8,389 nt of DNA from an uncultured archaeon (GTDB lineage Archaea > Iainarchaeota > Iainarchaeia > Iainarchaeales > CSSED10-239). The DNA lies in assembly GCA_964496765.1 (NCBI GenBank), contig CAZCAP010000002.1, positions 98,476 through 106,864 of the forward strand, in the 5' to 3' direction. The number at the start of each line of letters is the position of its first letter. Position 1 is the first letter of the stretch. The notes beneath the pieces are model-generated. The model ran no database searches. It was given only the letters and a program-made list of their open reading frames with translations, and was not told the origin of the DNA. A program made the translations under genes and the position numbers. This document shows positions 1 to 6,202 of this stretch, one piece after another.

Positions 1-2
1 GT

Positions 3-803
3 CTTTCAATAAATGATAATGTGGTTGCTCTCAAGACATTGGTTGCCTCTGCAAGAATTGCAGATGCATCAAGAATAAATTTAATTCTTCCATCCTTTCC
101 CTATGCAAGACAGGACAAGGCATGGGGTAGAGAAGGAATAACCGCAAAAATGTTTGCTCGTGAGCTTGAGCTTTGTGGTGCAAATACAATAATAACGCTT
201 GACATTCATAATCCAGCAATTGTTGGTTTCTTTGATAAGTGTGTTGTTGAAAATCTAAAAGGATTCAGAGATTTATACAAATACATTTTAGAAAACATAG
301 ATTCTCCTAATCTTGTTATTTCCAGTCCAGATGTTGGTGGAATAAAGAGAGCAACTCTTTTTGCAACTGAACTTAAAAGAAATCTAATAACAATCTATAA
401 GGAAAGAAGTTATGAAAAAGTAGATTGTATTGATAGAATGGAAGTTATTGGTGATGTTAAGGGGAAGGATGTTCTTCTGGTTGATGATATGATAGATACT
501 GGTGGGACAGTTTACAATTCTGTTAAGATCCTAAAAGAAAAAGGAGCAAACAAGATCTACTTTGCATGTTCCCTTCCCTTCTTTAATGGTAAAGCACTAG
601 TAAGAATGGAAGAACTCTATGCAACCAAGTCTTTAGAAAAAATAATTGGAACAAATGCAGTTTACCATGAGTCAAACTTTGCAAAAGAGCATCCTTGGTT
701 TGTTTCTGTTCCAGTTGATGATTATTTTGCAAAAGTTATTTTCAATATGTACACATCAAGATCAATAAGTAATCTTCTTAATGATATTAGAAAGAAAAAA
801 TAA
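3..803 (+). CDS. prs: Ribose-phosphate pyrophosphokinase (PRPP synthetase), 5'-truncated by the window edge
   Basis: Frame is open to the window start (LSINDNVVALK...), so GTG at 21 is probably not the true start. Motifs: SIND-N, LPSFPYARQDK, VISSPDVGGIKRA, and the PRPP-binding loop DVLLVDDMIDTGGT. Confidence 0.95.
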   Translation, partial: LSINDNVVALKTLVASARIADASRINLILPSFPYARQDKAWGREGITAKMFARELELCGANTIITLDIHNPAIVGFFDKCVVENLKGFRDLYKYILENIDSPNLVISSPDVGGIKRATLFATELKRNLITIYKERSYEKVDCIDRMEVIGDVKGKDVLLVDDMIDTGGTVYNSVKILKEKGANKIYFACSLPFFNGKALVRMEELYATKSLEKIIGTNAVYHESNFAKEHPWFVSVPVDDYFAKVIFNMYTSRSISNLLNDIRKKK

Positions 804-835
804 AGTTCAAGTACTTAAAATTAAAAAGATGTGTC

Positions 836-862
836 GTAACACAAAATACACAAATGTGTTAC
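836..862. promoter_or_regulatory. Candidate operator: perfect 8-bp inverted repeat GTAACACA-N11-TGTGTTAC upstream of the PIN/RHH operon
   Basis: 836-843 GTAACACA and 855-862 TGTGTTAC are exact reverse complements. Pentamers TGTGT (830-834), ACACA (839-843), ACACA (848-852) and TGTGT (855-859) cluster just before the TATA-like box at 864-870. Confidence 0.5.
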
Positions 863-863
863 A

Positions 864-870
864 TTTATAT
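864..870 (+). promoter_or_regulatory. Archaeal TATA box candidate (TTTATAT) for the PIN/RHH operon
   Basis: Centred 27 nt upstream of ATG 894, consistent with leaderless transcription. Confidence 0.5.
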
Positions 871-893
871 TTTTTTCTATTTATCATATATAT

Positions 894-1394
894 ATGAAAC
901 TAGTTGTTGGAGATGCATCATCATTAATACTTCTTGCAAAAGCAAACATTCTTGTTGATTTATTAAAATTTGTAGAAATATTAATTCCAACCATTGTATA
1001 CCAGGAAATTCTGAAAGGTAAAGAAAAAAATAAACAAGATGCATTCTATATCGAGCAACTAATAAATGCAAACGAAATAGTTGTGGTAGATGCAAATGAA
1101 AAAATAATTTCCCAGATAAGACAAATTTATAGGTTGGATCTTGGCGAAACACATGCAATCGCTCTTGCAAAAGAAAAAAATATAGATATATTGATTGATG
1201 ATAGAGCTGGAATTATTGTTTGTAATAAATTAAATATAGATATATTTACTGCATTATTAGTTTTAGAAGAACTAACCATTAAAAAATTAATTCCTATTGA
1301 AAAAAGTAAATCTGCACTTGCACTGTTTATTCAGGAAGGTAGATATAAAAAAAAAGAAATAGATAATTTAAAAGTAGGTGGTTTTTATGAATAA
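894..1394 (+). CDS. PIN-domain toxin-like protein (DUF3368-like, VapC superfamily)
   Basis: MKLVVGDASSLILLAKA N-terminus; VYQEIL; DLGETHAIALAKEKNIDILIDDRAGI, a typical PIN acidic-residue pattern. Confidence 0.85.
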   Translation: MKLVVGDASSLILLAKANILVDLLKFVEILIPTIVYQEILKGKEKNKQDAFYIEQLINANEIVVVDANEKIISQIRQIYRLDLGETHAIALAKEKNIDILIDDRAGIIVCNKLNIDIFTALLVLEELTIKKLIPIEKSKSALALFIQEGRYKKKEIDNLKVGGFYE

Positions 1395-1788
1395 CATGCA
1401 TTTAACAATAAGGATAGATAAAGATCTTTTAGAAAGTATAGATAAAATTGCAAAATATAGGTATCTTGATAGATCTGCAATTGTAAGGCAAACAATAAGA
1501 ATCGGTGTTCAAGATGAATTAACAGAGCTAGCAATTAAATTATATTCTGAAGGTGAATTGACTACTTCAGGTGGGGCAAAGTTTTGTGATATGTACATAG
1601 GGGATTTCATGAGTCTTCTTGCAAAAAGGGGGGTTCCCAACGATATTCCTGATGAAATTATAGAGAAGATGCATAAAAATATAGGTAATTTAATTCCAAT
1701 AAAGGAGAAATCAGTTTTAGCATCTCCTAAGCAGAAAATAAAGTATTCTCTATCAAAAACAAAAAAGAAGAAAAAGATATCAAAATAG
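1387..1788 (+). CDS. Ribbon-helix-helix antitoxin-like protein with UPF0175-like region
   Basis: MHLTIRIDKDLLESIDKIAKYRYLDRSAIVRQTIRIGV is RHH-like; AIKLYSEGELTTSGGAKFCDMYIGDFMSLLAKRGVP is UPF0175-like. ATG 1387 is preferred over the track's GTG 1378 and overlaps the PIN stop by 8 nt. Lys-rich C-terminal tail. Confidence 0.8.
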   Translation: MNNMHLTIRIDKDLLESIDKIAKYRYLDRSAIVRQTIRIGVQDELTELAIKLYSEGELTTSGGAKFCDMYIGDFMSLLAKRGVPNDIPDEIIEKMHKNIGNLIPIKEKSVLASPKQKIKYSLSKTKKKKKISK

Positions 1789-3069
1789 AGTTTTTTGTTC
1801 TATCTTTATTTTTGTTTCTTCATCTATTTCTTTCTGTTTTTTTATTTTTTCCTGTTCAGAGAAGCAAATAAAAGGTACTCCATAGAATCCAGCTCCTCCT
1901 GGCTTGAATACAACTAGATCTTTTCTAAAAGCTAGAATATATTTAGTTATTTCTTTATCTATCCTATTTAGTTCATCTTCAGAAAGATTAAGCATAACAC
2001 CTATTTCTGTGTTCTCTTTAATAAATAATTCATATTTTTCAATAACGTTCTTTGAGTCTATGTTCTTTTCCTTAAGAGCAAGCTGAATAACCTGTGCTAG
2101 AGGGATTAGGTACTTGTATTCTGGTCTTTTATCAATATCTTTTAACTCTTTATTTCCTTGTAATCTAGCAATCTCTATAACCCTATCAGCAACTCCTTTT
2201 TTAACAATTCCTTTACATTTAATACATCTCCAATTGTTCTTTTCTGCTTGATCAATTGAATGAATTTGGGAGCACACTCTACAGGCTGTTCTATTGTACT
2301 TACCTTCATTTGGATTAAATCCAACATTGTATTCAATTTTATTTTCTTTCTTTTTATTTAGTAGATTAAGAAACGAATCAAAGTTTGGTGCATCTAGATT
2401 CATTGCAACATACTCTCTTCCAATCCTATAGCTCATTGGGGAATGTGAATCAGAGAATGAGAAAAAATTAATTCCTGAGAGATCAGGTATCTTGTTTGCT
2501 ATCCTGCTATCTGCTGATAGTCCTAGTTCAATAAACTTAATATATTTATAATTCTTACCATAGGCTTCCTTGAGTGTATCAAAATGAGAATAAACTCCAA
2601 AATAGGGAGTGAATGCATGTGCTGGTCCAATTGGAACATCTAATTCTTTGCAAATATCAATTAACTGTTCTGCATCTATTGGAATTCTTGGTCTTCCATC
2701 TCCGTACTTCTCTGGGCCTTTCTTATATTTATTAAATTCAATCTTAAATAGATCAACATGTTCAAAATCTTTAAAATAAAGAAGATGGTGAACTCTCATA
2801 ACAGTTTCAACCTCGCATCCAAGAAGAAAGTTAGTTCTTTTGTTTTCAGGTAAATCCTTATCTTCTTTGAAAAAGAATGTTCCATCTTTATCTTTTACTA
2901 GATTTTCCTTAACATGCTCATACCATTTTGAATGAAGAATGTCAGCGCTTGTTAATAGATTAAGTCCCTTCTTTTTTGCTTCTCTTGCCAAGATAGGAAT
3001 AGATATGTTCTTTGCACAGGCAGCTGCATAGGGAGAATGATAATGAAGATCAGAATTATATATACTCAT
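1780..3069 (-). CDS. PHP-domain protein, endonuclease Q (EndoQ)-like, TIGR00375-type
   Basis: N-terminal DLHYHSPYAAA; histidine/aspartate motifs of PHP proteins (PIGPAHAFTPYFG, FSDSHSP); four-Cys zinc motif TACRVCSQ...WRCIKCKG followed by IVKKGVADRVIEIA; C-terminal VFKPGGAGFYG. Confidence 0.88.
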   Translation of the reverse strand: MSIYNSDLHYHSPYAAACAKNISIPILAREAKKKGLNLLTSADILHSKWYEHVKENLVKDKDGTFFFKEDKDLPENKRTNFLLGCEVETVMRVHHLLYFKDFEHVDLFKIEFNKYKKGPEKYGDGRPRIPIDAEQLIDICKELDVPIGPAHAFTPYFGVYSHFDTLKEAYGKNYKYIKFIELGLSADSRIANKIPDLSGINFFSFSDSHSPMSYRIGREYVAMNLDAPNFDSFLNLLNKKKENKIEYNVGFNPNEGKYNRTACRVCSQIHSIDQAEKNNWRCIKCKGIVKKGVADRVIEIARLQGNKELKDIDKRPEYKYLIPLAQVIQLALKEKNIDSKNVIEKYELFIKENTEIGVMLNLSEDELNRIDKEITKYILAFRKDLVVFKPGGAGFYGVPFICFSEQEKIKKQKEIDEETKIKIEQKTLF

Positions 3070-3082
3070 GTTTATTTTCCAT

Positions 3083-3364
3083 TTAAATTATTCCAAAAAA
3101 CTTTAATATTAGCATGGTTCCAAGTCCAGCGAGTCCAAAGATAGCAGAAACAATAAGAGTGATTACAAATGGAAGCTTAATCCCTATAAGTGTTAAAACA
3201 AATAATCCTGCAACCCCAATAATACTGTTTACAATAAAATGCTTAAGGAAATACATAATCAATAGGGTTATTCCAATTAATATGATTCCAAGAACTAAAA
3301 TCTTTGGATTATGAACTAAATTAATAACCTTTTCTGTTCCCTGAGCAATAATGTTTGCATCCAT
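3083..3364 (-). CDS. Small integral membrane protein, BofA-like family
   Basis: 93 aa with several hydrophobic helices. KHFIVNSIIGVAGLFVLTLIGIKLPFVITLIVSAIFGLAGLGTMLIL resembles the BofA domain pattern. Its stop lies 13 nt upstream of the EndoQ-like start. Confidence 0.65.
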   Translation of the reverse strand: MDANIIAQGTEKVINLVHNPKILVLGIILIGITLLIMYFLKHFIVNSIIGVAGLFVLTLIGIKLPFVITLIVSAIFGLAGLGTMLILKFFGII

Positions 3365-3477
3365 ATTAATATTATATGTACTCCCTTTTTTAAATATTAG
3401 ATTTTTTCCTTATCTTTATATACTTATCTAATATTAATATATATATTAAAATAAAAGTAAGATAAAAGTGAAATTAT

Positions 3478-4164
3478 ATGACCAGAGAAACAATCGAAGA
3501 AGAAACAACTTCTTTTAAAGATGATGAACTTAAAAAGAACCTTTCAATACTTGATCTTAGAAATCTAGTAGCTAAGAACCTCTCAACAGGAGATAAAACA
3601 GAGGATGATCTTAAGAAACTAATCCCTGGAGCAACCTATGAACAACTTGTTCTTGCATTAAAGAACATGCTAACTTTAAAGCTTATTAAGAAAGAGGGTT
3701 TTCCAATTAAGTATTCTCTATCTTCAGATATTAAGGAAAGGCTTCTTAGAAGAAAGGATGTATCAAATACTGATTCAAACCCAATAAGAGTATCAATAAT
3801 GATTGAATCAATGGCTAATGACAAGAGTGCCTTGAGAACAGCAATGGAGCAGATACTTGAAAGATTAAAGGCAGATACTAATTATAAGATTTATGAATCA
3901 AGCCTAGCGGAGGTAGTGGTTCATGAATTAACAGGGTTGTTTTCTACATATATCGAAGCAGAAGTGTCCTGTTCTAACTTTCAATCCCTATTAAAGCTAA
4001 TCTATTATTATGGGGTAACTTCAATTGATGTAACTAAACCAGAAAAGTTAACTCTTTCAATCTCTGATCTTCAAGAAGGACTTTTTGCCATAGTTGACAT
4101 GACCCATGGGTATGCTGATATGGTTTACAAGCTACAGCAGGAGCTCAAACATTTAAAGAAATAA
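3478..4164 (+). CDS. Conserved-looking archaeal protein of unknown function with N-terminal winged-helix-like region
   Basis: 228-aa ORF with a plausible ATG. Residues ~25-85 (LDLRNLVAKNLSTGDKTEDDLKKLIPGATYEQLVLALKNMLTLKLIKKEG) look like a winged helix. C-terminal half unassigned. Confidence 0.65.
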   Translation: MTRETIEEETTSFKDDELKKNLSILDLRNLVAKNLSTGDKTEDDLKKLIPGATYEQLVLALKNMLTLKLIKKEGFPIKYSLSSDIKERLLRRKDVSNTDSNPIRVSIMIESMANDKSALRTAMEQILERLKADTNYKIYESSLAEVVVHELTGLFSTYIEAEVSCSNFQSLLKLIYYYGVTSIDVTKPEKLTLSISDLQEGLFAIVDMTHGYADMVYKLQQELKHLKK

Positions 4165-4227
4165 GAAGAAATACTGTGTTATAATTAGTGCTTATTTAGT
4201 GGGGGAATTATATCAAAAACCGAATGA

Positions 4228-4236
4228 TTTATATAT
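4228..4236 (+). promoter_or_regulatory. Archaeal TATA box candidate (TTTATATAT) for the wHTH/NTase operon
   Basis: Centred about 26 nt upstream of ATG 4258, consistent with leaderless transcription. Confidence 0.5.
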
Positions 4237-4254
4237 TATTTGGATAATAATATA
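4232..4254. promoter_or_regulatory. Candidate operator: 9-bp inverted repeat TATATTATT-N5-AATAATATA
   Basis: 4232-4240 and 4246-4254 are exact reverse complements, overlapping the TATA box and placed just before ATG 4258. A/T-only, so information content is low. Confidence 0.3.
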
Positions 4255-4257
4255 ATT

Positions 4258-5127
4258 ATGACTCTAACCACAACACAACTAAGTGTATTTTATGAAATTA
4301 TAAATGAAAATAACAAACTATCATCTATATCTGATGCTCTTAATAAAAATAAAACACATATAAGTGAAATCCTAAGTATATTAATCAAAGAAAAGTTAAT
4401 CCACAAAAATAAAAATCAATTTATAATATCAAATTACCCCTTTACTATTAAATTACGCTTCTTGTTGTTAACAAATAAAAACCTAATCAATATACTGTGC
4501 GATTCTGGTATTGATATATTATTGTTATTGTTAAATAAATCAACTATAAAAGAAATTGCAACTAAGTCTGGATTAAAAGAAATAACAATTAGAAAATTTC
4601 TTCAAAAATCAAAAAATATGTCTATTATATCTAAAGAAAATAGTTATTTTTCATTAAATGAAGAAGTTTGGGGAAATTTAAAAGAGTTTTTATTGGATTA
4701 TAAATCCTTTCAGGATAGTTATGATAATAGGATCCCTCTCGGTTCAGTGATTTATTTTAAAAATAAAAAGGAAATTATTTTTTCTTATAATAAAGAACTA
4801 GACTCTGCGAGCCCAACAGCATTTACTATATTTAAAAAATATGATATATTAATATTTAGTAATGTTTGCTATTATTATTTACCTAAAAAATCATTAACTA
4901 AAAAGGATATATTAGAGCACACTCTAAAGATTGTATCTAAAACAATGGACTTTAGGGATATATTGCATCTTTCATTATTTTATATTAAGTATAAATCTGA
5001 ATTTAAAGACGTACACCATGAGATACTAGCTAATCTAAATAAGATACTTATTGGCGAAAAAGTGAATGGTTATCCCCCATTAAAAGAAATTAAAGAAAAA
5101 TTAATATTATATAATATAAGGATGTGA
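4258..5127 (+). CDS. Tandem winged-HTH protein, AbiEi-like antitoxin/regulator candidate
   Basis: Two wHTH-like segments: TTTQLSVFYEIINENNKLSSISDALNKNKTHISEILSILIKEKLI and DILLLLLNKSTIKEIATKSGLKEITIRKFLQKSKNMSIISKENSYFSL. The track start (TTG 4240) overlaps the TATA-like region, so ATG 4258 is preferred. Confidence 0.7.
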   Translation: MTLTTTQLSVFYEIINENNKLSSISDALNKNKTHISEILSILIKEKLIHKNKNQFIISNYPFTIKLRFLLLTNKNLINILCDSGIDILLLLLNKSTIKEIATKSGLKEITIRKFLQKSKNMSIISKENSYFSLNEEVWGNLKEFLLDYKSFQDSYDNRIPLGSVIYFKNKKEIIFSYNKELDSASPTAFTIFKKYDILIFSNVCYYYLPKKSLTKKDILEHTLKIVSKTMDFRDILHLSLFYIKYKSEFKDVHHEILANLNKILIGEKVNGYPPLKEIKEKLILYNIRM

Positions 5128-5135
5128 TAAGTCTT

Positions 5136-5804
5136 ATGGAAGAATATATATCTGATTTTAAACAAGTAATTAATAAATTTGAAGACATTGATAAAGCAGT
5201 AAACCGAAAACTTAATATTTATTTAATTGGTGGTGCTGTTCTACTATATGCAAAACTAAAATCAGGAACTAAAGATATAGATTTAGTTGTAAATAATAAG
5301 AAAGATTATGAACTATTAACAACTGTTTTAAAGAAATTAAATTTTTTAATAGAAAAACCAACAAAAGAGTATAATCGGTTTAATTTAGAAAATATATTAG
5401 TTAAAGATAACTATAGGATAGATATCTTTAATAAGATAGTTTGTAAGAACTTATTTTTAAGTAGGAATATGATTAAAAGAGCAAAGCTAGTTAAGGCCTA
5501 TAATAATATACAATTATATGTTTGTTCAAACGAGGATATCCTTGTTTTTAAAACAATAACTGATAGAGAAGGGGATATTGATGATTGTTATAATCTTTCC
5601 CTTCAAAACCTAAATTGGGATACAATCCTATCTGAGATCAAATACCAAGTAACTAAGAGCGGAAACGAGATATGGGTTACTTGGTTTGAGGAGAGATTAA
5701 ACCTCCTCGAAGATCGTAAGATCTATATTCCAATAATTAATGAGATAAGGAAGTTAAGTCACACCTATTACACAAAGCTAAAAGCAAAGCTAAATGAAGA
5801 ATAA
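5136..5804 (+). CDS. Nucleotidyltransferase-fold protein (DUF6036/AbiEii-like), toxin candidate
   Basis: IYLIGGAVLLYAKLKSGTKDIDLVV matches hG[G/S]...DhD; RIDIF is a candidate third acidic position; SNEDILVFKTITDREGDIDDCYNL resembles the C-terminal K...R-x-x-D-x-x-D segment of such NTases. GTG 5124 (overlapping the upstream stop by 4 nt) is an alternative start. Confidence 0.78.
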   Translation: MEEYISDFKQVINKFEDIDKAVNRKLNIYLIGGAVLLYAKLKSGTKDIDLVVNNKKDYELLTTVLKKLNFLIEKPTKEYNRFNLENILVKDNYRIDIFNKIVCKNLFLSRNMIKRAKLVKAYNNIQLYVCSNEDILVFKTITDREGDIDDCYNLSLQNLNWDTILSEIKYQVTKSGNEIWVTWFEERLNLLEDRKIYIPIINEIRKLSHTYYTKLKAKLNEE

Positions 5805-5887
5805 GTAAGTTAAATGATGTAATAGGTTAGTTATTTAATTCCTTACAGATCCTATATTATATATATAAATAAAAAACTAAAGTACTG

Positions 5888-5989
5888 TACTCTTTCAACC
5901 AATAGGTGTATACATAATACTGCCCATAATCAGGGTGCTTTCCTACTCTTATTCCTTTAAAAACCTATTGTTGCCTTTCCGAAATAGTA
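5888..5989. other. Intergenic segment with nested complementary arms; possible structured RNA or processing element
   Basis: 5900-5907 CAATAGGT pairs perfectly with 5963-5970 ACCTATTG; outer 5888-5896 TACTCTTTC pairs 8/9 with 5981-5989 GAAATAGTA; inner 5921-5925/5933-5937 with 3 GC pairs and 2 GU wobbles. Confidence 0.25.
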
Positions 5990-6130
5990 AGCTTTTTAAA
6001 TAAAACTCCTCCTTAATTATCTTACTAGGATCTGCTTTAAGGTTAGGACTTTTGATTTTTTTTGTTCTCCTACAAATATCATACTGTAAATAATTTCGCA
6101 GGTTCAATCTTAATATCAAACAAAAAACAA

Positions 6131-6165
6131 ATCTAGAAAGAAAAAAAAATCAAATCTTTTTAGAT
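6131..6165 (+). promoter_or_regulatory. Candidate 5' leader hairpin upstream of the S-layer gene
   Basis: ATCTAGAAAGA (6131-6141) pairs with TCTTTTTAGAT (6155-6165) over 11 bp including one G-U wobble, 13-nt A-rich loop, ending 37 nt before ATG 6203. Confidence 0.35.
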
Positions 6166-6189
6166 AAAAAACAAAAAAACAAAACACAT

Positions 6190-6195
6190 GAGGTG
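6190..6195 (+). promoter_or_regulatory. Shine-Dalgarno sequence GAGGTG
   Basis: Exact match to the archaeal anti-SD complement (GGAGGTGATC), with 7-nt spacing to ATG 6203. Confidence 0.8.
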
Positions 6196-6202
6196 TAAGA
6201 AA

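Noticed and set aside
31-219. Minus-strand ORF of 62 aa opposite PRPP synthetase
   Set aside because: Antisense shadow of a well supported housekeeping gene.
877-1170. Minus-strand ORF of 97 aa overlapping the PIN gene
   Set aside because: Leu/Gln-rich, no domain signature; the sense-strand PIN protein has clear motifs.
1904-2086. Plus-strand ORF of 60 aa opposite the EndoQ-like gene
   Set aside because: Short antisense shadow without motifs.
3114-3314. Plus-strand ORF of 66 aa opposite the BofA-like gene
   Set aside because: The opposite strand gives a coherent multi-helix membrane protein adjacent to EndoQ; this frame has no support.
3434-3449. 16-nt perfect palindrome TTAATATATATATTAA between divergent genes
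   Set aside because: A/T-only alternating sequence forms palindromes easily; may just be promoter AT-richness, no independent support as an operator.
3636-3824. Minus-strand ORF of 62 aa opposite the unknown winged-helix gene
   Set aside because: Short antisense shadow.
5850-5965. Minus-strand 35-codon open stretch (VFKGIRVGKHPDYGQYYVYTYWLKEYSTLVFYLYI)
   Set aside because: Very short, no start codon near the upstream stop, no SD and no recognisable family; not distinguishable from chance.
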